Shown: piece by piece, positions 21,104-32,024 of the stretch | Position numbering within the stretch: the stretch's first letter is position 1 | Layout of the letters: each line of letters opens with the position of its first letter | NCBI GenBank assembly: GCA_016839805.1 | Contig: JAEOTO010000011.1 | Coordinates: forward strand, 1 to 64,000 | Length of the DNA: 64,000 nt | Direction: 5' to 3' | Source: Candidatus Hermodarchaeota archaeon | GTDB lineage: Archaea > Asgardarchaeota > Hermodarchaeia > Hermodarchaeales > Hermodarchaeaceae | Made by a program: the position numbers and the translations under genes | Notes under the pieces: generated by a model | Database searches by the model: none | What the model was told of the DNA's origin: nothing | The model's input: the letters and a program-made list of their open reading frames with translations, nothing else

Positions 21104-22270
21104 CTAGGATGTAAAGATTTGGATGACATCTTGGTCCTCTAAGAGAAAAGTCAATCCCACCTTCTTTCGGATTTGCCCCGTGTGCATCCGATACACAATT
21201 GCATAGCGGAAGTTGGTGAGAAAGTCACTGTGAAGTCGTTTGGCCAAGTCTTCTACGGTTGCTCCCAGTGGTAAAATCAGCGGTTTGTCACCGATTTCAC
21301 CAGAGCTTTTCCGAGTGAAAATCCGAATTACCCCAAGTCCTTCAAAGATCGCCGCTGCAATAATATTAATGCCCCGATTTTTCTCAACTGAAACCGGATA
21401 AATTGGAAATCTCTCTCCGTATTCTTTTTGGAGTGCTTCATAATTGCGTGAGCTCTGAGAAGTATCTCCTTTTGTCGCAATAATAATCGAAGGTGCGTAA
21501 GTAGTTCGGCTATCGAGCACTTCCACAAGGTCTTCTAAAGTAGCTGGGCCACGGAATTGGAGTGAACAATTGTGAATTCGCCTTCGATGAAACAGACGGC
21601 GGATAAGTTCGGGGTCTTCTTGAAAGTTGGTGACACCAATGATGTGGATTCCTCCGCTCCCCGTTTTCGCAAACCGAATAGGTGGAGGGTCTTTGTTTAA
21701 TTTTATACGCGCATCTTCTAGGGTCTTAATCAGAAATTCCATTTGTGGTGTTGGGGGTTTTGAAAGGTCGATAACTAACAAAATGAGATCCGCATTTCGG
21801 ATGCCACCTAGAATCTGGCGACCAATGCTACTATCTAATGCCCCCTCAAATAGCGCTGGCATTTCTATAACCTGAATGTCAGTTCCTCCATATTTGAGAA
21901 CGCCGGGTTCAGGAAGCTGAGTGGTAAACTCATAGTTTCCCACTTTAGCCTTGGCGCCTGTTAAACAGTTTAAAAGTGCACTTTTTCCCGCACTCGTTAC
22001 TCCTACAAGAGTGACCTGACCGGCTCCCTCTTTAGCCAGCGAATAGCTAGGTCCTCCTGTTGCCATTTTACGTCGAGCACGGCGATCTTCCCGATCCTGA
22101 CGGAGAACCGTAAGTCGATGGCGATATTGTGCTACCATCTTTTCTGAGGATTTATGCTTAGGAATAAGGGAAATGAATTTCTCTAATTTTTCGATTCGCT
22201 CATCAAGGGTAGTTGCCTCTTCGTAGGCATGTTTTGCTGCTTGTGCTTCCGCAGTCAAGTTGACAGGCAT
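21104..22270 (-). CDS. DRG/OBG-family GTPase with TGS domain
   Basis: GVTSAGKS, YEFTT, TKGD, C-terminal TGS. Confidence 0.9.
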   Translation of the reverse strand: MPVNLTAEAQAAKHAYEEATTLDERIEKLEKFISLIPKHKSSEKMVAQYRHRLTVLRQDREDRRARRKMATGGPSYSLAKEGAGQVTLVGVTSAGKSALLNCLTGAKAKVGNYEFTTQLPEPGVLKYGGTDIQVIEMPALFEGALDSSIGRQILGGIRNADLILLVIDLSKPPTPQMEFLIKTLEDARIKLNKDPPPIRFAKTGSGGIHIIGVTNFQEDPELIRRLFHRRRIHNCSLQFRGPATLEDLVEVLDSRTTYAPSIIIATKGDTSQSSRNYEALQKEYGERFPIYPVSVEKNRGINIIAAAIFEGLGVIRIFTRKSSGEIGDKPLILPLGATVEDLAKRLHSDFLTNFRYAIVYRMHTGQIRKKVGLTFLLEDQDVIQIFTS

Positions 22271-22305
22271 CAAAACCACCCACTATCATTCAGCTGAGCA
22301 TGATT

Positions 22306-22935
22306 CTAAAGTTTTTTCAATTTCGAAGTGTTAATGGGATTTTGTGCTTCGAATAGAAGTAAACGTTCGAAGAAAAATGCCTTCTCAGCCTTTATCTGGA
22401 CTGTGTGATAACGCTGCTCGAGGTGAGCTCGGGTTTTTTTAGGGTCGGATAGAGTCGACTGAATGAGTAATAATCGACCAGTTGGAAGAAGATACTTTGA
22501 GCACTGAGAAAGAAAATTCTCTGTGACTTCGCGCCCCTCTGTCCCGCCTGACCATGTAGGATCAAAGGCGGGGTCTTTAGTCGTTCCTGGTAGATAGGGT
22601 GGATTAAAAGCGATAAGTGAAAATTGTTCATCCGGTTTAATTGGGTCGAAAAAGCTTCCTTGACGAATTTCTATTTGATTTTGGAGATTGTGAAATGCCA
22701 CATTTGATTTTGCGTTTTGGATTGCTAAGGGAGATTGATCAGTTGCAATTACTTTAGCACCTGTCCTTGCTGCTACGATTGCTACGAGTCCACATCCCGT
22801 TCCCAACTCCAGTACGGTATCATCAGGTGTGGTCTCAAGATTGGCACAGAGCATGAACGTATCCTCTGCGGGTTCATAGACACCATCGTTGACCATAACC
22901 CATATGTCTTCAAAGAAGGCAGCAGCAGGGCTCAT
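22306..22935 (-). CDS. HemK2/PrmC-like protein methyltransferase
   Basis: VYEPAEDT, ELGTGCG, FNPPYLP. Confidence 0.9.
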   Translation of the reverse strand: MSPAAAFFEDIWVMVNDGVYEPAEDTFMLCANLETTPDDTVLELGTGCGLVAIVAARTGAKVIATDQSPLAIQNAKSNVAFHNLQNQIEIRQGSFFDPIKPDEQFSLIAFNPPYLPGTTKDPAFDPTWSGGTEGREVTENFLSQCSKYLLPTGRLLLIQSTLSDPKKTRAHLEQRYHTVQIKAEKAFFFERLLLFEAQNPINTSKLKKL

Positions 22936-23756
22936 TGGTTAATTTCCTCAGAGATGATATTCGCAATTTCAGCTATCTGTTCTGGAGATAATTCTTCAAC
23001 ACGTTGGTCTAACCATGGAATTTTTTCCTGAAATTGCTGGAACTGACGATGGCCAAAAACTGATTTTAAAGGTGTTCGAATTTTTTTCCGTCGCTGATTA
23101 AAAAGTGCCGTTGTTAATTGCGCAAACAGGTTTGTATCCAACACTAAGAAAGGAGGTTTACTCTGTCGATGGATTCGTACTAGGGCAGAATCAACAGCGG
23201 GAGGAGGGTAGAAGGATTCAGGCGCTACATATTCCAATAGGTCAATTTTTGCATGATAGGTGGCCATTACCGTAAGTCGCCCATATTCCTTGGTATTGGG
23301 TTCAGCGGTAAGTCGTTCTGCAAACTCTTTTTGGAGCATTATAACTGCCATGGGAATGTTGGATTTGAAGAATTTGAACAGCACAGGTGAAGAAATATTA
23401 TAGGGGAGGTTAGCTACGAGTTTGTCCGTTTTTGGCCAATCAATTTTAACAGCATCTCCGTGGATTAAGGTAATTCGATTATCAGATCTAAGTTCAGAAG
23501 CTAAGATTTTGTAGAATTCCGAATCCCTTTCGATAGTGTGGACGTGTTGAACCTTGTCAGCCAAAAGTTGTGTTAAAACTCCGTTTCCTGTTCCGATTTC
23601 GAGAATGTTTTCATTACTGGAGAGATTGGTGTATTCGATAATTTGTGTAAGGATTGTTGCATCAATAAGGAAATGCTGTCCTAGCCGCTTAGTCACACGA
23701 ATATTGTGTGTTCTAAGCCATTGTTTGGTCCGGGCAAGCAGGGTTCCCGGTGTCAT
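22932..23756 (-). CDS. rsmA: 16S rRNA dimethyladenosine transferase
   Basis: LGQHFL, EIGTG.G, ANLPYNISSP, QRRK. Confidence 0.95.
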   Translation of the reverse strand: MTPGTLLARTKQWLRTHNIRVTKRLGQHFLIDATILTQIIEYTNLSSNENILEIGTGNGVLTQLLADKVQHVHTIERDSEFYKILASELRSDNRITLIHGDAVKIDWPKTDKLVANLPYNISSPVLFKFFKSNIPMAVIMLQKEFAERLTAEPNTKEYGRLTVMATYHAKIDLLEYVAPESFYPPPAVDSALVRIHRQSKPPFLVLDTNLFAQLTTALFNQRRKKIRTPLKSVFGHRQFQQFQEKIPWLDQRVEELSPEQIAEIANIISEEINQ

Positions 23757-23785
23757 TTCAATCCTCCTCCCAATGGGGGATGCGG

Positions 23786-24385
23786 TTAACTTCGACCTTG
23801 TTCCTTTTCAGTTACCGGTTTGCGTGTAAAGAGGTTGTACTTGTCTTCGCCCCCTAATTCGTTAAGAATCCGTTTCACGATGATTTCTTTAGGAGCACGA
23901 ATAGAGGTTCTTTCGGCAATGTCTTGAAAGCTTGTAAAAGGGGCTTTACGGCGTTCCTCGAGGAGATCCCACATAAGTTTCTTTCCAATTCCTGGGAGTA
24001 ATTCTAAACTATGCATCCGGGTCGTCAAGGGTCGGGCATTATTGAAAAAGTCAACAAAACGCCGTTCGGATCGCTCAACAAGGGTTTCAATGACGAAAGG
24101 TAATTCGCTTCGAGCTGTGGAAGTCAACACATCAAAGGTGATTCGCCGCTTCACGTGGTCGATTTTATCGCGACGGTCACGGCCAATGAAAATAGATTCT
24201 TGCTGTTCGAAACGAGCACCCTTTCGTGGAACCAATTCTAGCAGAGTAAAATAGGTATCTCCAACGGCTTGGACGAGAGGTTCTTTTTTGTAGATTGGTC
24301 GTGTGTCCTCTGGGTACCCACGTGGCAAGTAGTCTAGGACGTATGAATACTCCTCAAACTTTTTCGTGGGCGGACGTTGCGTCAT
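23786..24385 (-). CDS. DUF655 family RNA-binding protein
   Basis: VLDYLP.G, FTLLE, RMHSLELLPGIGKK; conserved rpoF-rsmA context. Confidence 0.88.
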   Translation of the reverse strand: MTQRPPTKKFEEYSYVLDYLPRGYPEDTRPIYKKEPLVQAVGDTYFTLLELVPRKGARFEQQESIFIGRDRRDKIDHVKRRITFDVLTSTARSELPFVIETLVERSERRFVDFFNNARPLTTRMHSLELLPGIGKKLMWDLLEERRKAPFTSFQDIAERTSIRAPKEIIVKRILNELGGEDKYNLFTRKPVTEKEQGRS

Positions 24386-24457
24386 TGTTTAACCTCATTA
24401 AAGTAGCTAACAGAGTGTGCCGCAGGTTTATCTCTTTTCCCGTTACCAGCGTATGGT

Positions 24458-24817
24458 CTATTTATTTTTCTTTGCTTTCGCCTTTGCTCTCGCCTCGTCA
24501 AGAAGGGCTAATATGTCAGAAACTTCATCTGCTGTATAGGTTCGGGGAGCTCTAGCAAGAAAAGCCGCTAGCTCATCATTCGTTGAGGGAACAATATTAA
24601 CAAGTTGGATTGCTAACGGTTCATCCATTTCATATTTCTTGATAAGTTTGGACACTAGAGACTTGGTCGTACGGGCTGGAAGATAGGAAAACTTGATAGT
24701 ATGCTCTAATGTTACTCGTTGAATGTAACTTAGTTCAGCTTTCTTTCCCCGTTTAGTTAGGGTATTCTTTACCTCTGCTAATGTAAGGGGTTTAGACTCA
24801 ATGATTTTCTTTACCAT
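24458..24817 (-). CDS. rpoF: RNA polymerase subunit Rpo4 (RpoF)
   Basis: LTLAEVK..L, LSYIQRVTLEH, AIQLVNIVP; context. Confidence 0.88.
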   Translation of the reverse strand: MVKKIIESKPLTLAEVKNTLTKRGKKAELSYIQRVTLEHTIKFSYLPARTTKSLVSKLIKKYEMDEPLAIQLVNIVPSTNDELAAFLARAPRTYTADEVSDILALLDEARAKAKAKKNK

Positions 24818-24845
24818 AAGAACTCCCTCTAGCTGATTATTAGGG

Positions 24846-25142
24846 TTAACCACCACTTGGTCGAAGATGTTCCGGGCGTATAATTAAAAGTTTAGTTTTT
24901 TTGCCCAATGTAGTTTCGACTTCATATGCTCTGCCACGCCGTCCACGAATAATTCCCACGCGGCCTTGGTAACGTCGGTGGGGTTGACCACCATGGATTG
25001 CTGGATCGATTAGTATATCGACCCTATCGCCTTCCTCATAAGTGTGTAGTAGCTTCCCCAAACTAGGCATGCCACGTTGGCGGATTTTCTTTGTCATCAT
25101 TTTTCGACTACCAACACGGTATCCGTGGGAGCGTTTCACCAT
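24846..25142 (-). CDS. rpl21e: Ribosomal protein eL21
   Basis: SHGYR, GQPHRRYQGRVG, RPEHL. Confidence 0.95.
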   Translation of the reverse strand: MVKRSHGYRVGSRKMMTKKIRQRGMPSLGKLLHTYEEGDRVDILIDPAIHGGQPHRRYQGRVGIIRGRRGRAYEVETTLGKKTKLLIIRPEHLRPSGG

Positions 25143-26491
25143 GGTAGTGTATCCTCCGCGATTTCTACATCAATGACGTCTAACTGCTGACAGACAGCAG
25201 GAGTTCCCAAGAGTTCTGCAAGGCTTGGTTTAGTGCGGCCCTCATCACCCGATATAAATTCTTTGACATATAAACCGCCTTGGCAGCTAATTGTCAACTC
25301 GAAGTTTTGAGCGTTAAGGGGCACAATTCCGATTGTGTGGACGCGTTTTTTGCGTACTCGATCAGCTCGACGGTGAAGGACTCGTTGGGGAGTGCGTTGC
25401 TCTATCATTAGGGGCATCGTTAGGTTCTCAAGGGCTAGCAGTGTCTCCTGGGGGATGGGCGTCTCCACATGGACAATCGCCTTATAAACCTTTTTGGAAG
25501 AAGTGGCGCTTCCTTTCAGTCGTTTGACTACCTCTTTGTTCGCGAACCGGATATTGCCCACAACGATTTTTCCCTTTGTAGATTCGTTAATTTGCATAAT
25601 TAGATCGTCGAGATTCACGGAGCGTATTCGGGGGCGGAGAACTTCGATTACAAAAGGGCGACCATTGCCTAACATTAATGCATCAATGTCCTCGCGTCCT
25701 GCACCATGAAACTTAACGTCACTGCCTTGGGTTAATTCAATGACAGACGGCGCTATGAGTTCTTCTACCGATTCAGGATACATCTTTCCCGTGTCTTTAC
25801 AACGTTGGCATCCTCGCCCACCACATTCTCGACAAGGCCATCGTGTTTGGGGTATTCCGCGAATGAGTTTCTTGTATCGACCATAAATGAAGAGGGAATG
25901 TACATCGAGTTCGACATGAAAATCGGGAATCTGAATTAATGCAACGATATCAGGATTTTCGAAATTAGTTGTAAGTCCTAGATTGGTAGTGACTAGCTTT
26001 CCAATTTCACGGTTTAATTCAGCTTTGATTGGTTCACCTGTGGTAATTTGGAATTCGCTGCGGAGTTGTTCTTCGGCTTCAATGATGGTTGGAGATATTT
26101 TTGTGCCAATTAGAATAGAGTGCGCTTCCCATTGTTCTAGGCTTTTTATCACTGCTCTAGCTGCCTTATGAAAGCGATTCGTTACACCTTGGCATATCTC
26201 ACAGTCTTGGCTATGGGGAGTATCAGTTATACCTTCCTTTTCGAGGAAAGCTCTTGCGGGTTCAAACTGTCCTTTTTCGGCTAAACGACGAATGAGGGTG
26301 GTACCACGCTTGATTTTTTGATGATACACTTCTGTCGCGGTCATTAACAGAAGGGTTTTCAAAGCTACTCCGCGGTCCTTGTTAGTTAGACCATATCCTT
26401 GCATGGCAAATTGTCTACCCAGACACCAATCACAAATGGTATAACGTCGAAGAATTCGCTGCGCGCTAGCATTCATTTTACCTAATGTCAT
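25136..26491 (-). CDS. pus10: tRNA pseudouridine(54/55) synthase Pus10
   Basis: GRY.KL.R.IPQTRW, FHGAGREDID, QRTP.RV.HRR, GGLYVKE. Confidence 0.95.
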   Translation of the reverse strand: MTLGKMNASAQRILRRYTICDWCLGRQFAMQGYGLTNKDRGVALKTLLLMTATEVYHQKIKRGTTLIRRLAEKGQFEPARAFLEKEGITDTPHSQDCEICQGVTNRFHKAARAVIKSLEQWEAHSILIGTKISPTIIEAEEQLRSEFQITTGEPIKAELNREIGKLVTTNLGLTTNFENPDIVALIQIPDFHVELDVHSLFIYGRYKKLIRGIPQTRWPCRECGGRGCQRCKDTGKMYPESVEELIAPSVIELTQGSDVKFHGAGREDIDALMLGNGRPFVIEVLRPRIRSVNLDDLIMQINESTKGKIVVGNIRFANKEVVKRLKGSATSSKKVYKAIVHVETPIPQETLLALENLTMPLMIEQRTPQRVLHRRADRVRKKRVHTIGIVPLNAQNFELTISCQGGLYVKEFISGDEGRTKPSLAELLGTPAVCQQLDVIDVEIAEDTLPW

Positions 26492-26518
26492 TAAGGCAAC
26501 GACGACTTAGCGACTTTT

Positions 26519-27103
26519 TCAGTCTTTCTGCATCACGAAATCTAGGGCATCTAAGGCTTGAACAACCTCAAGGATGGCTAAGTCGCGGTGAATGTTTTCT
26601 CGATAAAACTCAGGCCTATGTTTCAGAAACGCTTCTGTTGACCACTCTGTAAATAGTGGACAATACATTACCATTTGGCTCGATTTAGACAAAGCATCTC
26701 GCCAGGTGGAATTCTTCCCTGGAATCAAGAGAGTGGCGTTATCTGGAACAATCTTAGAGAACAGTTCATGCATTGAACTATTTGAAAGAGTCACACCATG
26801 GGGGACTTTGTTCTTGGGTTCTTGATGTGCTTTCTGAGCCCTCAAAATAATATGCAAAATTGTTCGTTCATCAGTCCCGAGATAACGAATTGTCCTTGGG
26901 TCTAATGTCATTGCTAATGGTCCTAGGAGATCAAAGCTAAGCGTTATACGAACCCAATCTCTGAGTGCATGAGAAACGGTAAATCCAGCTCGGATACAAT
27001 GGGCAATTCTCACATAGGGTTCAGTTACAATACCGATATCAAGTTCAGTCTTAGTTACTTCATGAACTGCTGGGGAATCGAGAAAGACATGCAAATGAGG
27101 CAA
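26519..27103 (-). CDS. TrmY-like SPOUT protein, divergent
   Basis: HCIRAGFTVSHALR and RYLGTDERT match the TrmY N-half; sits between srp54 and pus10. Confidence 0.6.
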   Translation of the reverse strand: MPHLHVFLDSPAVHEVTKTELDIGIVTEPYVRIAHCIRAGFTVSHALRDWVRITLSFDLLGPLAMTLDPRTIRYLGTDERTILHIILRAQKAHQEPKNKVPHGVTLSNSSMHELFSKIVPDNATLLIPGKNSTWRDALSKSSQMVMYCPLFTEWSTEAFLKHRPEFYRENIHRDLAILEVVQALDALDFVMQKD

Positions 27104-28465
27104 CTAGCGCGTTCCTCGTGGTAGTTTTTGATCACCTATCATTCCAGGCATACCTGGGATCTTAAGACCTCCACGACGTTTCCGAATAGTCTTAATGAAC
27201 TTCTTTGATTGCTGGTACTGTTTGAGAAGTTCCTTCACGTCTTTTGGTTGGGTCCCCGATCCTCGTGCAATTCGTTGGGTACGCGAGCTACGAATAAGTT
27301 TAGGATTCTCTAGTTCTTCCTCTGTCATCGATTTCATGATGACCTTCCATTTCTCAAGGTTTTCTGAAGCAACTTCTTTCAATTCATCCGGAACTTTGTA
27401 GCCTAGCCCTAACATACTAAGGATTTTCTGGATAGAACCCACATTACCCATTGCCTCCATTTGCCCCATCATATCCTTTAAGGTAAACTTACCTGAAAGC
27501 AGAGCTTTTGCCAAGTCCTTATCAGGCATCGCTTCCGCATCTTTCACCTTTTGGAGAAGCGATTCAAAATCAGCCATACCTAACAGTTGTCCAACGAACT
27601 TTGTGGGCTGGAATTTTTCAAGATCTTTGGTTTTTTCACCGGTTCCAATATATTTAATCGGCGCTCCGGTAGCCGCAACGGCAGAGAGCGCACCACCACC
27701 GCGTGCTGAACCATCCAACTTCGTTACGATAATAGATCCAATCGGAGTAGCGGCGTTGAAGGCTTCAGCTTGTGTTGATGCTTGCTGACCTAAGGTTCCG
27801 TCAACAACGAGGATGATTTCATCGGGTTTGATGGCTTTAGCAATTTGTTGCATTTCGCGGATGAGACCTTTCTCATCTTTGTGCCGACCTGCAGTATCAA
27901 CCAAAATAACTTCAGTTTTTTGAGACTGGTAATGCTTCACGCCTTTTTTGGCGGCTTTTATCGAATCCTTTTCTTTTGAATCACCGAAACAGGGAATCTC
28001 AGCACGATCAGCGAGTTGTTTAAGCTGGTCATAGGCTCCTGGACGGAAGGTGTCAGCAGCTACAACTCCGATGCTATGTCCCTCTTTTTTTAGCAGCCTG
28101 CCTAGTTTGACAATATTTGTGGTTTTGCCACTTCCCTGAATACCGACGACAAGATAGATGTTAGACTTTCCAGGTGTAAATTTGAGGGGAACGACTTTTT
28201 GTCCCAGGATTGAAGTAAGTTCTTCATATACCACCTTTACAACGTATTCACGCCGTGAAATTCCTGGAGCCACAGCTTCTTTCAGAGATCGTTCTTCGAT
28301 GCGCTTGGTAAGATCCATGACCAAGTGAACGTTGACATCCGCTTGAAGGAGGGCGCGTTGTAAATCCTTCACCAGCTCCTTGACGGCTTTTTCATCTACA
28401 ACAGCTGATCGTAATAACTTCTGAACTGCTTGGTGAAGTGCTGACCCTAATTTTCCGAGGACCAT
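27104..28465 (-). CDS. srp54: Signal recognition particle protein SRP54
   Basis: [28 protein letters not shown] domain. Confidence 0.97.
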   Translation of the reverse strand: MVLGKLGSALHQAVQKLLRSAVVDEKAVKELVKDLQRALLQADVNVHLVMDLTKRIEERSLKEAVAPGISRREYVVKVVYEELTSILGQKVVPLKFTPGKSNIYLVVGIQGSGKTTNIVKLGRLLKKEGHSIGVVAADTFRPGAYDQLKQLADRAEIPCFGDSKEKDSIKAAKKGVKHYQSQKTEVILVDTAGRHKDEKGLIREMQQIAKAIKPDEIILVVDGTLGQQASTQAEAFNAATPIGSIIVTKLDGSARGGGALSAVAATGAPIKYIGTGEKTKDLEKFQPTKFVGQLLGMADFESLLQKVKDAEAMPDKDLAKALLSGKFTLKDMMGQMEAMGNVGSIQKILSMLGLGYKVPDELKEVASENLEKWKVIMKSMTEEELENPKLIRSSRTQRIARGSGTQPKDVKELLKQYQQSKKFIKTIRKRRGGLKIPGMPGMIGDQKLPRGTR

Positions 28466-28526
28466 AGTGATTGCCTACTTCAAACAATTACTGCTCGGAT
28501 AACCCAACACAGCATATTAATTCTTT

Positions 28527-29468
28527 CTAATCGGACTCCAGTTGTTCTAACACTGCTCCAATTAGGAGGGGGAATAGGAGCGTGGCATCCCCTATGACGG
28601 TTTCAAATGATGCAGTAGCTTTGACTTTCCCCCATGAAATTCCTTCTTTAAGTTTGGCTCCACTCAAACTCCCATCTTCTTCTCGAGCCATCGTTATTTG
28701 AATTGCACTATCAAGTCCGCCTCGTAGAATATTTGCACCTAATGTAAAATGTTTAGGGAGACCCCCACCTAATATAATCGCGCCTATCCGCTCAGCCTCA
28801 TAAACACGGTCATAGAGAATTTTCATGTCTTTAAGCCCGTTCAGCTTCAAGGACTGCGTTTGACTAAAAAGCGCAATATGCAAACCCAGCATTGAATCAA
28901 GGATACCTGGGCAAAAAATCGGGACCTTTAGTAAGTGTGCCTGGCGAACAAAGGAATGAACATCTTCAATTTGTGCGCCAATTTGGTTGATAATTTCTGA
29001 GGGAGACAAGCCCTCACTTCGTTGTTGTTCGGGTATTTGGCGGAGAATCGAATGAATCGTATCCTCGAACTTCTCAAATCCTGCCATTTCAACGTATACG
29101 TCACCAGCCCGTCCAAGTTGTTGTTCAGCTAATTCTCGGTCATCTGCTTGAAGAGAGCCCTTAACGTGATGCCCGCCAATAGCTTCAAGCACATCATGTA
29201 CTACATTCGCCCCACTAGTGACAATAACTTGAATGCGCTGTGTCTGAACTAGTTCAGCAATAATCTCGCGTAATCCACCGGGAACCATAGGACCGGCTAA
29301 TGCTAGAAATACAAGATACTCAGGTGATTGGAAGAGGTTCCTTACAATTTCTACAGCACGGGCTAATCGCCCTGCTCCCAGGACTCCTGCTTGTTGATAT
29401 TGTTTAACAAGATCGCCAATAGTCATTCCTTTGGCAATTTTCATGTGCTTAACATATCGACGAGACAT
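28527..29468 (-). CDS. dys: Deoxyhypusine synthase
   Basis: GGGLPKH, DGSLSGA..KEGISWGK, GDAT; adjacent to eIF5A. Confidence 0.92.
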   Translation of the reverse strand: MSRRYVKHMKIAKGMTIGDLVKQYQQAGVLGAGRLARAVEIVRNLFQSPEYLVFLALAGPMVPGGLREIIAELVQTQRIQVIVTSGANVVHDVLEAIGGHHVKGSLQADDRELAEQQLGRAGDVYVEMAGFEKFEDTIHSILRQIPEQQRSEGLSPSEIINQIGAQIEDVHSFVRQAHLLKVPIFCPGILDSMLGLHIALFSQTQSLKLNGLKDMKILYDRVYEAERIGAIILGGGLPKHFTLGANILRGGLDSAIQITMAREEDGSLSGAKLKEGISWGKVKATASFETVIGDATLLFPLLIGAVLEQLESD

Positions 29469-29517
29469 CTTCCTAAAAACCAGATAAGATTATTCTATTA
29501 ATGGAGAGAAGAGGTGG

Positions 29518-29922
29518 CTAGCGCCGACGAATAATTTTCCGTCGACCTAGTACAATCCAATATTCCACCTGGATTCCCTGGTCGATTTTTCCCTCAACCT
29601 CCTCAGAATCCGGCATGGGCATCTCAAAGCTCTCATAACTTTCCATATCCATTAACCCTAAAACCGGAGGTGTGGCATCAGTAATATAATTGACTTGGGC
29701 AACTCGTTTATCAATAACAGGTGAATCGACTTTGAAATCTGAAGGATACACAACACTCCTTTTTGTACCGTCAAAGACGCCTACAGCGACAATTCGAGCC
29801 TTAGCGTGACCGTGTTTGCCTGTTTTGCTCTTTTCAATACTTACAACTTTGCAGGGCTCATCATCGATTACAAGATATCGACCAACCTTCAAGCTACCTG
29901 CTTCAATGACTTTATGCGACAA
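29518..29922 (-). CDS. eif5a: Translation factor aIF5A
   Basis: SKTGKHGHAK hypusine motif. Confidence 0.97.
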   Translation of the reverse strand: MSHKVIEAGSLKVGRYLVIDDEPCKVVSIEKSKTGKHGHAKARIVAVGVFDGTKRSVVYPSDFKVDSPVIDKRVAQVNYITDATPPVLGLMDMESYESFEMPMPDSEEVEGKIDQGIQVEYWIVLGRRKIIRRR

Positions 29923-30030
29923 TGATAGCCACCTTCCTCGATTAAAATAAGGAAGCCACTTAAAGTTTTAGGCTCTCTAGCAAAACTACCAAATAGGAGT
30001 ATACCTTGACGCTATCGGAGGAAAATCAGC

Positions 30031-30849
30031 ATGAAACGTGTAGGTCTTCTTACTCGTCCTGACTTCACTGCAGGTATTGAATACGCAAAACAGATTGTGT
30101 CATATCTTGAGTCTCGAAAAATCAGCGTGCTTCTTCTCCCGCATATTGCAGATGCACTCGACCGTTCTGAATTAGCCTGCACTTCGAAGAAAATGAAAGC
30201 TGATTTTGTTATCACCTTAGGTGGGGATGGAACTACCCTGTATGCCGCACGTCATTTACCACAAGATGTTCCTCTTCTCCCTGTGAACCTCGAATCCTTT
30301 GGGTTTCTCTCCGAATGTGAAATTCATGAGATCAAGGAACTTCTCGATCAAGTCTTTGCTGGGAAGCTTACAATCCAAGACACTCCCCGACTTGCAGTAT
30401 GGTTCAAGAAAAAACGCTTACCCGACGCTGCAAATGAAATCGCACTCTTCCCCGAGGATCCGGGTCGTCCTGTTCCCATTACCGTTAGACTGCATGACAT
30501 TTCTGAATTATCCTTTCGAGCCGACGGCTTCCTTGTTACGACCCCAATGGGGTCCACAGGGCACTCATTCTCTCTTGGTGGACCAATTCTTGATATCCAT
30601 CTCCATGCATTCCTACTCATCGCAGTGGCACCTCTCCGGCAAGGGTTCCACCCCCTTGTCGTTCCAGACGTTAGTACGATTCATATAGAATTGGAAAGAG
30701 AAGCAAATTGTTTCATTGATGGAAATCACATAGTAAAGGTTCCACCCCATAGTCTGATTTTCGTGAAAAAATCGGCGCATTCTCTCCGAATCCTTCGGCG
30801 GCAATCACATTACTACAGGCGGCTCCAAGGTAAACTGCTCCGGTGTTAA
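30031..30849 (+). CDS. nadK: NAD(+) kinase
   Basis: GGDGT, NE, ADG.LVTTP.GST..S.S.GGP. Confidence 0.92.
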   Translation: MKRVGLLTRPDFTAGIEYAKQIVSYLESRKISVLLLPHIADALDRSELACTSKKMKADFVITLGGDGTTLYAARHLPQDVPLLPVNLESFGFLSECEIHEIKELLDQVFAGKLTIQDTPRLAVWFKKKRLPDAANEIALFPEDPGRPVPITVRLHDISELSFRADGFLVTTPMGSTGHSFSLGGPILDIHLHAFLLIAVAPLRQGFHPLVVPDVSTIHIELEREANCFIDGNHIVKVPPHSLIFVKKSAHSLRILRRQSHYYRRLQGKLLRC

Positions 30850-30852
30850 CAA

Positions 30853-31380
30853 ATGACTACTCATAAACCACACATTTTCATCATTGACACTTCGGCTCTT
30901 TTCAATCGGATAAACTACGCAGCTGAAGATATTCGACTCGCAACAACACCCTTACTAGAAAAAGAAATGCATCAAAAAGGTCTGAAAGATACCCTCGAAC
31001 TGCTACTTGCAACAGATAAGCTTCAGATTATCGAACCCACAGCTGCATCACTGGAAAAGATTCACAAAGTGGCAATGCAGTTAGGTGATTTATCCAATCT
31101 CTCTGATCCCGACCAACAACTACTTGCTCTTGCCCTAGACTTGAGTCATCAGGATTTCAATGTTGTCATCATCACAGATGATTACTCAATTCAGAACGTT
31201 GCCCGACGTTTATCAATTAGTTATAAACCAGCTAGTCATCCAGGAATCCGTGAGGTAATCAAATGGGAGACTTATTGCAGTGCCTGTGGACACAAGGCTC
31301 CTAAGCTAGTCCACAAGGAACCCTGTCCAGTTTGTGGCACGCCTATAAAACGACGTGCTGTTCGTAAACAACCAATTTAG
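30853..31380 (+). CDS. nob1: Nob1 PIN endonuclease
   Basis: IDTSA, LS..D, TDDYSIQN, C..CG...CPVCG. Confidence 0.9.
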   Translation: MTTHKPHIFIIDTSALFNRINYAAEDIRLATTPLLEKEMHQKGLKDTLELLLATDKLQIIEPTAASLEKIHKVAMQLGDLSNLSDPDQQLLALALDLSHQDFNVVIITDDYSIQNVARRLSISYKPASHPGIREVIKWETYCSACGHKAPKLVHKEPCPVCGTPIKRRAVRKQPI

Positions 31381-31460
31381 CTCCGATGTGACAGTGAACA
31401 AAATTTAAGAAGCCTGTGCATATCCTTCAAAACCACATTATCCCATTGAAGGCGAATGCC

Positions 31461-31637
31461 ATGAGTGAAACGAAAACATCTTTCTGTTCATGCTGTGGGG
31501 GATTGATTACACCCCGTGAAAATTCAGTTCACTTCACATGCCCCGTTTGTGCCAACTTTACAATTCGTCGTTGTCAGAAGTGTCGGGAATTCGCAAATGC
31601 CTATACATGTCCTGCATGTAATTTCAAGGGACCTTAG
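31461..31637 (+). CDS. Small zinc-finger protein (DUF1610-like)
   Basis: CSCC...F.CPVC...I.RC.KCR....Y.CP.C.F.GP; upstream of EF-1beta. Confidence 0.85.
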   Translation: MSETKTSFCSCCGGLITPRENSVHFTCPVCANFTIRRCQKCREFANAYTCPACNFKGP

Positions 31638-31674
31638 ACATTTTACACAGATTTTGTATATGAGGGATTATTCC

Positions 31675-31941
31675 ATGGGAAAGGTTCTTGCTATTATGAA
31701 AATCATGCCTGAAGATGCAAATGCTCCAATCAGTGAATTACGGAAGAAAATCGACCAAAATCTCCAAGACAAAGTTCACATCGAAGCCTGGGAGGAGGTT
31801 CCCATTTTTGGTCCTTTATATGCCCTTCGCCTACGGGTCATCGTTGCAGATGAAGCCGGAGGAACGGCGGCTGTCGAGGAGATCATTCGAAAAGTTCCTG
31901 GCGTAAGCGAAATTGAAATCGAAGCTGTTAGTTTACTCTAG
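31675..31941 (+). CDS. ef1b: Elongation factor 1-beta
   Basis: MGKVLAIMKIMPE, PIFG..AL, GGT..VEE. Confidence 0.88.
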   Translation: MGKVLAIMKIMPEDANAPISELRKKIDQNLQDKVHIEAWEEVPIFGPLYALRLRVIVADEAGGTAAVEEIIRKVPGVSEIEIEAVSLL

Positions 31942-32024
31942 CTTCTCAATAGTTCCCAATCCCGAATTGAGGCTTCTGACAGTTTTTTATGTCTTTGCTC
32001 CTTTGCATATAGTGGAGAACAACA

